A DNA stretch of 64,000 nucleotides, taken from contig NC_043004.1 in assembly GCF_006345805.1 (NCBI RefSeq), positions 103,540,001 through 103,604,000 of the forward strand, given 5' to 3'. Shown one piece after another: positions 26,812 to 38,833 of the stretch. Every line of letters starts with the position of its first letter. Positions within the stretch are counted from its first letter, which is position 1. Under the pieces are notes generated by a model that worked only from the letters and a program-made list of their open reading frames with translations, did not search any database and was not told where the DNA came from. This DNA is from Octopus sinensis. Its lineage: Eukaryota. A program made the translations under genes and the position numbers.

Positions 26812-27456
26812 CCTTTCTATTATAGGCACAAGGCCTGAAATGTTAGGTGAGGTGGGCTAGTTGATTTCAGAGGCCTTTTTGATCAGTTTTGATCAAGGGC
26901 TCTCCAACAACAAGATGATAAAAAAAACGAAATGTCACCGACACTATTTTTTTACATGAGAAGTTTTGGGTTCCATACATTTTGATATATTTTAATTTGT
27001 TCTTGTGTTGTTTATATAAAATCTAGGTGTGTTATCTATTTTGTTTTAAATCAGGGTTCTCAACCATTTTTTTGTCTCTGGATCCCTTTTGATTACTATT
27101 TTATTCTATTTTCTAGTGGATCCCCATTGCCATTCGATGTTTAAAAACTAGTTTTATGCAAACTTCTTCCAAAATTCCTATTTAGGTTGAACTATGGAAA
27201 AATATTAGAGAGAAAAAAAACAAAACAAGAAAACTAGCTGTTTGTTGCTATACATACCAATACATATGCTGAAAGCAAAGTTTTTGCAGAATGCTATTGG
27301 ACCCCCAATTTACTGTTTTGTCATGTGGGCCTCCAAAAATCTTATATGGATTCCAATTGAGGAAGCACTTTTTGAAATGATCTAACCCATGTATATCTAC
27401 AATTAGCATAACAATCGACTTGTAAAAAATTTAAGTATTGTTGACTTTGAATAATA

Positions 27457-27917
27457 TACAGAGGGGCCCAAAAGTAGGTTTACAGTTATCACATAGGCAC
27501 TTTAACCCTTTTGTTACTAATCCGGTTAAAACCGGCTCTGGCTATGTGGTAAAATGTCTTGTTTTCATAAGTTTTGAATTAAAATATTCCACCAAGCTTT
27601 AGTCACAATTTACATTCCTAACACTAGCTTAATAATAACTAAGTTATTTTACTAAATTCTTTGTTATATTTAAAATAATTGAAAGAAACTGAGAGCATCT
27701 CAAAATAAATACAGTAATGAAAGGGTTAAATTTCTTTTCAAGCATTTTATTACATTTAAATTTCTATCTTACTAACTGAAAAGGGAGCTTGACAAAATTA
27801 ACTAAATTAGCATAGAATACTGGTTTCAGATTTTTTATAATTAAGATCTAAACTTGTTAATATATAAATACGAAAGAGATGATTGAATAACTAAACCTAC
27901 TTCTGGGCCACCCTGTA
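27457..27917. mobile_element. Tc1/mariner-type MITE containing a nested piggyBac MITE (27502-27729)
   Basis: TA-CAGAGGGGCCCAAAAGTAGGTTT ... AAACCTACTTCTGGGCCACCCTG-TA. The inner element has TTAA-CCCTTT/AAAGGG-TTAA ends. Confidence 0.85.
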
Positions 27918-28289
27918 TATTAGTTTCTACTATTTCATTTTTTTTTTATTACCCGCTGCCTTCTTAGTCTTCCCATTTAATTGTATACATTTTCTGTTTG
28001 ACCTGAGTTGTAGCACTTCAGGTAATGTTATTTGTAGTCTTAGAAAGACATTTATTGCTATTTTATATCTGTTTACAACTATCATAGATGGGACTTTTTG
28101 TTTTTAAAGCTAGATGCTCTTTCTACTACTCAACTGCTCAACATAATCTATTCTTACTTTATGGTTATCAATGACATTAAGACAAACAGAAACTTTTTCA
28201 GGAATACAACATTACAGCAAACATACAAACCTATTTTAAAGGAATTCTTGCAATATATATTTCATTTGCCTTTTCCCTTTTTCTTCCAG

Positions 28290-28379
28290 ATATCCCACCT
28301 CGTTTATGGAAAGAAATTTCAGCGTACATGTGTCCTTGGACTTTAATTAAGCTTGGTGAAGAATTCCTATTAAAGAAAG
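28290..28379 (+). CDS. LRRC41: LRRC41-like exon (DIPPRLWKEISAYMCPWTLIKLGEEFLLKK), cullin-box region
   Basis: CTTCCAG acceptor, AAG|GTAAAA donor, 90 nt, phase 1-1. It resembles the region of vertebrate LRRC41 after the BC-box (recalled as ...EETALKKGL...). Confidence 0.9.
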
Positions 28380-29692
28380 GTAAAAAAAAAAATGTAAAAA
28401 TAAGCCTAAATCAAAGAATAATTCTTTACATCATCATCATTTAACATCCTTTTTACCAGCATGGGTTGAATGGTTTGGCACGAACAGACAAGACAGATTT
28501 ACATTAGCATGCTTTCTACAGCTGGATGCCCTTCCTAAAGCCAACTACTTTACAGTATGTACTAGATTGGATTTTTTCTCATGGTACCGGCACTGGTGAG
28601 GTCACCAAGTACCTTTACATTTAGAAGCCACAGAAATAATTTGTGTTGATTTCTGTATCTATATTTACATTTTATTTCCTTGTTTAGCCAGAGCAGTAGT
28701 ATACATGACCTTTTGTCGGTCTTTTGCAACTGGTAGAGGAAACAGAATCTGAAGAATCGAACAAATTTTATTTCACTTGAATATTCCTCTTCTCCACACA
28801 CCGTTCTCTTCTGCGATTATTGTTTGTAGTTATGACATTTGGTTTATACTAATGCTCCAAGATGCTTTTGTCTTTCTCTCTTGCCAATATTAACATCTTG
28901 TACTTTTCGTTTTTCTATTAGCTTGTAATGCGAGCTTAGTTGCATGGATACAACTCGGTGATATGTTAGAGGAATCTTGCCAATACATTGGTAGAGCATT
29001 TATTTAGGGATATTTCAGCTGATTGTCATTCTGGCAGTACATGATTCAACCTTAAACATGCTTTGTCATAAGATTTCTTCTTTCTTTACATCATCCTTGT
29101 TGCAATGATTGCTAATAGTACACGTGCATAGTCTGATCAGCCAGTCCTAGGCACGTTGGCACTTCTGTGTCTGTAAGTAAATGTCAGCTATTCCAATGAT
29201 GTGCATTGTCATAAGGGTTAGTGTATTCATTGCAGTTGTGTGTTAGGATTTGTGTAGTCTGCTGTGAAAGAGAGCCTGAATGTCATTGCTTTCATTTAGG
29301 TGTGCTAAGCAGCAGTTTGGAAGGAATAATATCATTCCTGAAGTATTTGACAGGGTCTATAATCGAGATCAGCTATTTACATATCGTTAACCATTTTATT
29401 TTCTTTAACATAATGGAAATGAGGGGAAATAAAAGGAATGAGTTTCTTCACTCAACTTCCTTATAATCTGGTCGTTTTATGCAGTAGTGTTATACGCAGT
29501 TATTTCCCTTAGAACCTTTTCTATTTTCTTAATTTCTTTTTTATCAATTGAAACAGATGACTTTTCCTAGGATTCCTCATCCCTCTGGTTTCCATTTTTA
29601 AAGTTCCTTTTCTGAGCTTTTTTCGTTTTTGTGATTTTTAGAGAGTACTGAGCGACGTTTGAAATTATTTTGGTTTTCAATTGATCATTATT

Positions 29693-29917
29693 GGCGGCTG
29701 GCAGAAACGTTAGCACGCCGGGCGAAATGCTTAGCAGTATTTCGTCTGCCGTTACGTTCTGAGTTCAAATTCTGCCGAGGCTGGCTTTGCTTTTCATCCT
29801 TTCGAGGTCGATTAAATAAGTACCAGTTACGCACTGGGGTCGATATAATCGACTTAATCCATTTGTCCTTGTTTGTCCTCTCTGTGTTTAGCCCCTTGTG
29901 GGTAGTAAAGAAATAGG
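29693..29917 (+). mobile_element. tRNA-derived SINE family B (Meta-domain-like core)
   Basis: Head GGCGGCTGGCAGAAACGTTAGC...GAGTTCAAATTC and core GCTTTTCATCCTTTCGAGGTCGATTAAATAAGTACCAG. About 15 copies, e.g. 13590-14170(-), 26590-26780(-), 36130-36330, 52455-52925, 56865-57830, 62457-62665(+), 59385-59616 and 60025-60225(-). The superfamily name is from memory. Confidence 0.8.
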
Positions 29918-30063
29918 TTATGTACTTTAAAGACCCATGCATTGGTAATTGTAACATGTTAAGTTCATTACCATGTGGTTAGTGGCTAACATCCATTCTA
30001 GCCTCATAGTTATTAAACAGTGTTATTACTTACCTTGGTCGTTGAATATTTATCTTGTTTCAG

Positions 30064-30246
30064 GTGTCAATGTTGATGAATGCTGGCAAGCTCATTACAA
30101 TAGGCGTTGGCCTTGGAAATACAGTCGCAGTGCTTTAGATCTCTTGGATCGACACAACCTTACTCACAAGCAACTCTACATTGATCGGCACTTTATGAAA
30201 TTTCTCGAGGAGTATTGTCGTATGAAACATTTATGTCTTGAAAGAG
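30064..30246 (+). CDS. LRRC41: LRRC41-like exon (GVNVDECWQAHYNRRW...)
   Basis: TTTCAG acceptor, GAG|GTAAGT donor, 183 nt, phase 1-1, open and continuous with its neighbours. Confidence 0.9.
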
Positions 30247-30342
30247 GTAAGTCACTTCTCCCTTCTGTTTTACCTTCATTCTGTACTCTTCCACTCTCCT
30301 CTAGTGTGGAAGAGTATATGTTATCCTATCTATTTTGTATTA

Positions 30343-30558
30343 TATTCTTTAGTATTTAGATTACTTTGTCAAATGTAACGCTTATTTATTCACATCGTTT
30401 TGAATTAATCATGCATTATCTCGTAGCTTCAAGATTTTGTTCATGTGATTGTGTATTTTTAGAAGATAGATGTGAAAGGTTAGATTTGACCAGTTTGAAT
30501 ATAAAGCAGGTAGAATATTTGGGCTGGATATAACTGGTTTAATTGCTGAAGGGTTAAC
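30343..30558. mobile_element. piggyBac-type MITE (family 2, degenerate)
   Basis: Ends ...GCTGAAGGG-TTAA and shares sequence with 53938-54125 (starts CCCTTTAGCATTCAG) and 55995-56095. Confidence 0.65.
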
Positions 30559-31470
30559 TATTTCTGAAACTATGAGATGATACCTATCTGTGTGTCTATC
30601 AAATTCATAATGTTAACATAAGCTGTTATGTCTGTTTACTTTACCTAACTCTGCCTAAGATTTGCAAAACTTTCCGAGAGCTTGAAATATATTATAGATA
30701 TATAATTTTATAATGTTTCAAAATATTAACCTAATTTTTAGATTATTAGGTGTGTTATTCCTGAAGGTGTTTGTAGTATGACACCTGAAGGTGATTGGTT
30801 GGGTGTATATGTTGCCTTGACAAATACTGTATATGTATACTTTTTTGAAAAATGAAGGTAACAGTCTGGAAAATTATGAGTCACAATTAGGGATATTTAG
30901 ACATTAATGATCCAGTTGTGACAAAATTAGAAATCTAAGTGGAATTTACTTTTAAATCCAGTAAATTCAAGCTCTTGGTTGCTTATCAACTTCAAGTAGT
31001 TTACAGCTGAGAGTAACCTGGCCTATTGTATTGCAAAATGTTTGGTAAGTAACCAGAAATTGCTGTAATAGATAACACTGGAAACAGAAGCCATAATTGG
31101 CAGCCTGCTGTTGTTTAGGGAAGAAATTATTCTGAACTGCAGAGAACATTCAGTATCATCAGACACTTCTTTACATCCTGGTATATTTACTGCCATTTCC
31201 AAAGCATTACTAATGGTTCAGGCTTGCTTAAACAAGTTTTGAAACTGTTTTTCTTTTATATCTAAAGAAGTTCCATGGTTTCAAGTTTGAATGAAACTCT
31301 GCATTTGTCATTCTTGTAATTTAATATATATTGTTGTTACTGTTGTTGTCTTTTCCTTCTTAAATTGTAATTAAATCCATTTTTTCCTGTAAAATACTGA
31401 AATAACACAAGATGTCTTTATTAGTTAAAATAGTGCTGTAATTATTTCAAGTTTTGATCCTTTAGAAATA

Positions 31471-32095
31471 CTAGCAAATCTACTCGGTTACGATGGAGGC
31501 AAAAAATGAGGAAGGAAAGTCATAACAGCAGTATGTCTTGAGAAATGTGTAAATGGGTTTGATAGATTACTGGGTGATGTCTTGGAGAAATCACATTATT
31601 GTTGGTGATACAGCATTCTATTGCAGCTATATATGACATGTTTGCGACTAAGTGGCATGTGATGACAATTCACTCCCGGACTGAAATAGGCTCCCAGCTT
31701 CTGTATCATAAATGGTTACATGGACCACTCCTAATGAAAGCCAGAGCTTCCTTCGACCACTACATAAAAAGTATTAAGAAAAATGTGTTATTTAGATATA
31801 CTTTTTAGTTTTCACTATTTTATGCTTGCTTATACTCTTACACATTCAAAGCTCACAAATTTCCTTATTTAAATTATGAAACATATTCCTTTCGATAATA
31901 TCAATATGATTACAAAACTTCTTTGTAGACGATATTTTCTGTTTGGTCGACACTAATTTTCAAATTACTGGATTCTGTTGCTCTACTCACAGCGATGTAT
32001 AACTGGCTGTGTGTAAACATCAGAGTAGGTAAAAGTACACCTACATGATCTAAAGTTTGGCCCTGTGCCTTGTTTGCTGTGAATGTGGGAGCGGA
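31471..32095 (-). mobile_element. 3' remnant of an autonomous-type Helitron with a PIF1 helicase C-terminus (31910-32083)
   Basis: Minus-strand frame FTANKAQGQTLDHVGVLLPTLMFTHSQLYIAVSRATESSNLKISVDQTENIVYKEVL* matches PIF1/RepHel motifs V-VI (T.NK.QGQTL; HGQLYVA.SR; NIVYKEVL). A CTAG|T terminus at 31471-74 has a degenerate hairpin. Confidence 0.88.
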
Positions 32096-32266
32096 AACTT
32101 TAGGGTTACAAAAAAATCAAACTAAGACTTACCTCTCACTTTTCTATGCGAATAATGTCTGGATGTTCTGGTTCCATGGGTTATTTTGATTGACAAAGCT
32201 AAGATGTAGACAACAGCTGCTTCGATGAGCTCTTTTGAATCCTGCTTGAGACTGACACACTTCAAT

Positions 32267-32653
32267 GAGATGGAAGCACTCCGTCGGTTACGACGACGAG
32301 GGTTCCGGTTGATCCGAATCAACGGAACAGCCTGCTCATGAAATTAATGTGTAAGTGGCTGAGCACTCCACAGACACGTGTACCCTTAACGTAGTTCTCG
32401 GGGATATTCAGTGTGACACAGAGAGTGACAAGGCCGACCCTTTGAAATACAGGTACAACAGAAACAGGAAGTAAGAGTGAGAGAAAGTTGTGGTGAAAGA
32501 GTACAGCAGGGATCACCACCATCCCCTGCCAGAGCCTCATGGAGCTTTAGGTGTTTTCGCTCAATAAACACTCACAACACCTGGTCTGGGAATCGAAACC
32601 GCGACCCTATGACCGCGAGTCTGCTGCCCTAACCACTGGGCCATTGCGCCTCC
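32267..32653 (-). mobile_element. tRNA-derived SINE (family C) with a 12-bp TSD
   Basis: Head GGAGGCGCAATGGCCCAGTGGTTAGG...GGTTTCGATTCC. TSD ACACACTTCAAT at 32255-66 and 32654-65. Confidence 0.92.
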
Positions 32654-33500
32654 ACACACTTCAATAACCACTAAATAATTACAATTTTTCCATTCTATTT
32701 TCGCTATTAACTGTCTTTGCGACACCCTTTGTATCTATGATGGGGCCACAAACTATATGATGAAAATCCAGAGTTACTTGTAGTCGGTGAATTTTTAATA
32801 AAAATGCGAAGGTGATTTATCAATTCAAAAATCGATATGCATGAAATAATCAGGCTTTCTGATTTTTTGATGCTGAAATCCTTCCTGACGACTGTCTTTG
32901 TAATCCCCAAAAATATCATAACCATTGATCCTGCTGCCTGGCTGTGAAGAGGGAACAGACAAAGAGTCAGGCATAACACCCATTATAGTAAGGTTTAGAA
33001 TTTGGTTGTTAAGTACATCATATATCTTTTTCTGTATTTGTTTTTCGTATTGTTTTATTTAACCCTCCCCCCACCCAAATTTAATAAATTGTCATGTGCA
33101 CAATGAACAGCAAGAATTGGAATGATGACATAAAAATTTGAATGATGACACACATATATATATATATGGTCTGACAAATTTGAACAGTAATATGCTAATT
33201 ATTGTTGTATTTCACCTTTGGAGAAGAATGTCTCCTTTCAGATGAATGTTTGTCCATAGAACACTTGATTTATTAGCAAAAGGGGTCTTTGGGGCACCCT
33301 TTGTTTCAACATTGTTGTGTCTTTGCAGCCAAAGCTAAGGAAACATAATGATGATCTCGAGTAACGTTACAAACCCTTGATAAACTTGCTCTACCGGCTT
33401 CTGTTGTTTTGAAATGGTTTAAAATTTTAACTAAACAAACTATATCTTGAATCCATTTACTTTCATCTTTTTAATATCACTTCTTTTATTTCTGTTTCAG

Positions 33501-35633
33501 TTTTGAGTCACGACTTCATGTGGTGTTCTGTATATGAATATGACCCTAAAGTCACCTGTTACCTTCCAAAACATGTCCAGGCGAGCATGAAGACTGACAC
33601 AATGGCAACACGAGTGTTAGCTCTTGCACCATACGTCACCTCCTTGACCTTGAACTCAACCCTGTCTGTATTTTTAGAATGCCATTTAGAATTGGTTCAT
33701 CTGTTGTTAAATTCAGTTGTCTTGTTACGTGTTCAGTGCCATCCTGCCATTACGGAGTCAAACTGTTGTTGGAATATCATAGAAACTTTTCTAAAACATG
33801 GCAAACTTCAGGAATTTTCCTTAACTTTTTCAAAACGTAATGATGGCTTTGTAGGATTCTTTGAACGTTTAATGAAAATTTGTGCTGGCATTCATGATTC
33901 TGAATCGGACACCGTTCTGGATTCTAGCTTTGACTGTGATATATCTGATTGTTCCAAGGATGCGTTTGATGAACATTCTGAAAAGATTGTAAACTCTCTC
34001 AAGTGTAAAAGTGTTTATAATTTTGATTCTTCTATAGCCAAAAAACTGAAACTTCACTCAGAAAATATATATTTTTATAACAATAACAATGATAAAAATA
34101 ATAATAATGACTCTGGTGATAATCTTAATAATTGTCAAAGAGTATTTAATAATTCAAATTCTTTGTTTGATAGTATTGGTGCTGTTGATAAGAATGGTCA
34201 CTCTGTGAATTGTGAAGATAGTATTTCTGATGTTGGTAAGATGCAGAAAGTTTTAGACCAGAAGCTGCGACGTGAAAAAGAGTTAAATACCCCAGCGGTG
34301 CGTAATCTTGGTTGCTGTCAGAAGTTCAGAGACAAAGAAGGAAAGAACAAAGATTCTCTCTTAACATCTTCTGAAGAAAACTCACTGCTTACTTCGATGC
34401 TTTGGCATCAAAATCTTAGTTCACAAAACTCCTCTTCCAGTGAATCTCATTGTCATTCAAATATTGATGCGAGCCCCAAGTCTCGTAAATGCTTGAAGAG
34501 TACATTCAGTCGGTTTGATTCCAAAAATCATGTTATCACCACTCATTCGAAAAACATGAACTGTCTGAATATGTCTTCAAATCCATTTATGATGAATTGC
34601 TGCAATTTTAAAGAACATTCGATTTCCACAGATAAGCTTTGCAAGCTTTGCTCCTATAGAATGAACAACTGTTTTCAATCCATGACTTCTTGCCCACATT
34701 CCATAAAGTTTGAAACAAAACGGAAGACATCTTATTCAGTATTAACTGCACTTCTCTCAAATTCTTATGATGAACTTGCAGAAGTGAAAAAGCTTCGACC
34801 TGCAGATAGATATCGTTACTGTAAACCATTAGGAAAAGAATTTGGTTTCTGCTCTTCGACTGGGAAAGATTCTATATCGCCATTTAGCAATTCATGGGAT
34901 GATAATCTGTCAGGTTCAAGGTCTCTGTGTGAGGAGGAGAACATTTCTGTTGTGAAGTGTTACCAAAATGCTGATGATCTGTCTCAAAGTGACAAAGCCT
35001 CTAAAACATCTGATATAGGTTCCAGTACTGAAAGTGAAGTGCCTAATACAGAGAGTTCAGCTTCTATGAGCTCAAGTAACATTTCAACAGAGACTGATAC
35101 ATCTTCTGATCAAAATGGCTTTGACTCTTTTATAGGTAAAATAAAAGATGAAAATGGAATATCGAACAAATCCTGTTTTAAGTCTCCTCCCACTCCCAAA
35201 GAAAAGAAAAGAATGTGCCCTAGTGAAGACGTAAAATCACGGACAAATTCAGCTGTTGATAGTTTCTCTCCTTTGACACCACAACAGCTGGAATCCCGCC
35301 GAATGTCTTTTGATATCTATGCTGATTTGGATGAGGGCATTTCAGAGGAAGAAACACCAAATTCCAAAACGGACTCTTCGTTGTCAGATTCACAGTGGTT
35401 GTCTCCTGCAAATTGTCAGCATTCTTCTCCAGTATCAACTCCAGGTAGCACCAAATCTGACAATTCGTTGTGGGACCTTTGCTTAGGTTTGTCTAAAAAG
35501 ACGCATTCTCTGTCATCAAAGGGTTTGAAATCACTGAGGCTTATTGGTGAACCTAATCCCCATATAGGTGATATTTTGAGGGATGTTCTACCAATGTGGC
35601 CATCTCTACAAAAGCTTTATTTGAATGTATCTG
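33501..35633 (+). CDS. LRRC41: LRRC41-like giant exon (2133 nt): LRR-like start, ~540-aa S/N/D/C-rich insert, then LRR (LKSLRLIG...LQKLYLNV)
   Basis: TTTCAG acceptor at 33499-500, the 719-aa ORF in the track, and a CTG|GTAAGT donor at 35634. Phase 1-1. Confidence 0.92.
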
Positions 35634-35659
35634 GTAAGTGTTGTTGCTGTTATTATTGC

Positions 35660-36070
35660 TAAGATTATTATTGAGTGAGAGATGAGTGCACACCATCAAA
35701 GTGATACCAGGGTACAAATATACGAAGCCCAATATACCCATCATGACTACCTGTCTGATAAGGGTACACCAAACGTGCATCACAACCACATGTGCGCGAC
35801 ATGGTGATCTCATATCAAGATAAACAGTGCATGATATTGCAGGTGGACCCCAGTTAGAATTTTCTTCATGTTGAGTAGCCCATCCTACTCAAAATTGTCC
35901 TTGAATAAGGTTTGTTAAAGGACGAACAAAACACTCTTGTTTCCAGAGCTAAATTATTCAAACCCCCACAAAATTCCTCTCAACACATGGCTATGATGCT
36001 TGTCCACTACTTCTGCTCATGATCAGAGATGCACACATCGTCAGCCACTAAGAGACATATCAACTGGTTA
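35660..36070 (-). repeat. Unclassified interspersed repeat with a (TAA)n-like tail just downstream of the giant exon
   Basis: Composition shift and a TAATAATAATC-type end on the minus strand. There is no second copy in the window. Confidence 0.4.
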
Positions 36071-38426
36071 AGCCCTCTCCCAAGTTTCAGGTCTTCTGCC
36101 TTTAGTAGAAAGAATCATTTTTATTATTAAAGTGGCAAGCTGGTAGAATTGTTAGCATGTTGGACAAAATGTTTAGTGGCATTTCTTCTGACTCTTTCAA
36201 TTCTGAGTTTAAATTCGACCATGGTCAGCTTCGCCTTTCATCCTTCTCGGTCAATAAAATAAAGTACCAGTCAAGCACTGAGGTCAATGTATTCGACTTG
36301 CCCCTCCGCTCAAAATTGTTATAGCTTTTTCTCAAATTGAGAAAGCAGATGGTGCTAGAAATCTTATATAAAAGAAACTACCGAAGAGGCTACCATTGTA
36401 AATATGTTCAGTTTTGCAAATCATCATTTAGAGTATTAAATACTCTATTAGATTGTAGAGTGTAGCTGAATGCGGTCCCTTGTCAGGAATAGCAGCCAAA
36501 TCTCCTTTAGAATATATCCTTTGGTCTTAAATATAGGAAGGACTCATTGGATAATCTAGTCCTATATATCTCTAAAAAGAGACAGTCATGGCTAGAAAAT
36601 CTTTGGCAATAGGTTTGCTTTCTGAGGTTTTCCAGTAAGTGACAACATTAGGAATGACTAAATATCCCATGTGAAATACTGAAATGTATGTGGCACCTTA
36701 GACAAGTGTCTTCTACAATAAATAACCCTTGGCCAACTAACGCTTTATGAGTGGATTTGGTTGTTAGGAAAGGAAAGAAGCCTGTTGTGTGTGTGTGTGT
36801 GTGTACCTCCTTGTCTTGACATTGCTTGATAATTTTAAATGAGCATCACTGCCATACAAAGTGTGTCGTTCTTTTCCAATTTTTTGTGAAAACTTGTTTG
36901 GTCATGGGGAAATATCTGGTTTGGTAACAAGTGAGGGTTGGCAACAGGAAGGGCATCTAGCCATAGAAAATTCATTAAAACGAATTCCCTCAGACCCATG
37001 TGAACATGATAATGTGTAATGTTGAAACAGTGGTAATGATGACACACAGGAACTGTAATAAAAGATTAAATCAGTGTCATCATCATCATCATCGTTTAAC
37101 GTCCGTTCTCCATGCTAGCATGGGTTGGACGGTTTGACCGGGGATCTGGGAAGCCAGAAGGCTGCACCAGGCTCCAGTCTTATCTGGCAATGTTTCTACA
37201 GCTGGATGCCCTTCCTAACGCCAACCACTCCGTGAGTGTAGTGGGTGCTTTTTACGTGCCACCTGCACAGGTGCCAGGCGAGGCTGGCAACGGCCACGGT
37301 CGGATTGGTGCAATTTACGTGCCACCTGCACGGAAGCCAGTCAAGGATAGTGCTTTTTACGTAGGGGTCCTGGCATCTGCTTGGTGCGATGTTGATAAAT
37401 GCTAAATCCTTGAAGCATCACTCCAAAGTTTGATCAAGGGCAACAGTATGTATATAGCTATATACTGTATCTGCTGAGCAATTGTTGTTTAACTCTACAT
37501 TAGCCCTGATTGAGCAGGCTTATGCTTAAAACACATGCTAGCTGAGACCATCTCATCGTTTTTAATATCTAGAACTACACTACCAATCTGTCCTTCCCTT
37601 TTTAAGGCTGTAGACGTAATTAGAGGGATATTTGGTTGCTATTTCTAGCAGGTTAAGCTCCTATGCATATGTTCCTCTGAACAGTTGTTTAATTTCTGTG
37701 GCACACACACACATACACACATGAATATATATTCCCATTTATTCCACCTCGCAAGTATCTCTTCCCAGTTTTGAGCTCTAACAAGGGAGATAACTCTGCT
37801 ATTGCAGAGTTTATTCTTGCTAGGACGAGCTGTAACTGTTGTATCATAATTTAGTGGGCGGTCATAGATTGCATTCTTATGCTAAGGGACAGATATTTAA
37901 CTGGTTAAATACAGTTATCTGCTGAGATAGCCCCAGGTCAGTCCCATTTAAGTAGGCCGATGTTCTAAGGCATTCCAGCTAAGACCATCGTTTTTGTCTT
38001 TTTTTTTTAAGACTATTTCTAAGATTGCCCTTTTTTTAAATTGTAGGTTGTGATTTGAGGGTGATTTAGCTACTATTTCTAGAAGATTGACTACTTAGTG
38101 GCTCTTTAATTCTCCTTTATGTGTTTCCATACACTGTGACCAACGTAGTTATGCATGTTTTTAAATAGTTGCAGCCTGTTTGGTTCTTCAAACGGGTCCA
38201 TAGGAGACCGCAAGCGATTTTTAGCGGGACTGCAAAGGGACGTTGAAGTATCGTGAAAACGGGGTGGCTTGAGACAGTTAAATTTTAAAATTTTAATACT
38301 TTCAATTTTTCACATGCTATCATCCTTTTTTGTAGTTGGCCTCAAAGATCCACGCCACTCCAACGCATTCATTCGCTAATCACACTTGTACAAGTGTAAT
38401 TGGTCAATAGAAAATATGGGCGTATA

Positions 38427-38833
38427 CTCTTTATTCTTTTACTTGTTTCAGTCATTTGACTGCGGCCATGCTGGAGCACCGCCTTTAATCGAGCAACTCG
38501 ATCCCGGGACTTATTCTTTTGTAAGCCTAGTACTTATTCTATCGGTCTCTTTTGCCGAACCGCTAAGTAACGGGGACATAAACACACCAGCATCGGTTGT
38601 CAAGCAATGCTAGGGGGGCAAACACAAACACAGACACACACACACACACTCATATATATATACATATATATGACGGGCTTCTTTCAGTTTCCGTCTGCCA
38701 AATCCACTCGCAGGGCTTTGGTCGGCCTGAGGCTATAGTAGAAGACACTTGCCCAAGGTGCCACGCAGTGGGACTGAACCCGGAACCATGTGGTTGGTAA
38801 ACAAGCTACTCACCACACAGCCACTCCTGCGCC
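38427..38833 (-). mobile_element. SINE family A (young copy)
   Basis: Close to the 14338 copy along its whole length. Confidence 0.9.

Noticed and set aside
27052-27372. Possible hAT MITE starting CAGGGTTCTCAACC
   Set aside because: The right terminus is too degenerate and no 8-bp TSD could be confirmed.
29973-30063. ORF-track starts upstream of real exons (also 39663, 43820, 52252, 28098)
   Set aside because: These are intronic extensions through polypyrimidine tracts. The true boundaries are the AG acceptors listed.
32580-32653. tRNA gene candidates (A/B-box heads here and in other SINEs)
   Set aside because: There is no complete cloverleaf, and each continues into a SINE body, some with TSDs.
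35634-35662. ORF-track C-terminus GKCCCCYYC* of the 719-aa ORF
   Set aside because: It is read-through past a consensus GTAAGT donor. Splicing to 39685 keeps the frame, and nothing supports a retained-intron isoform.
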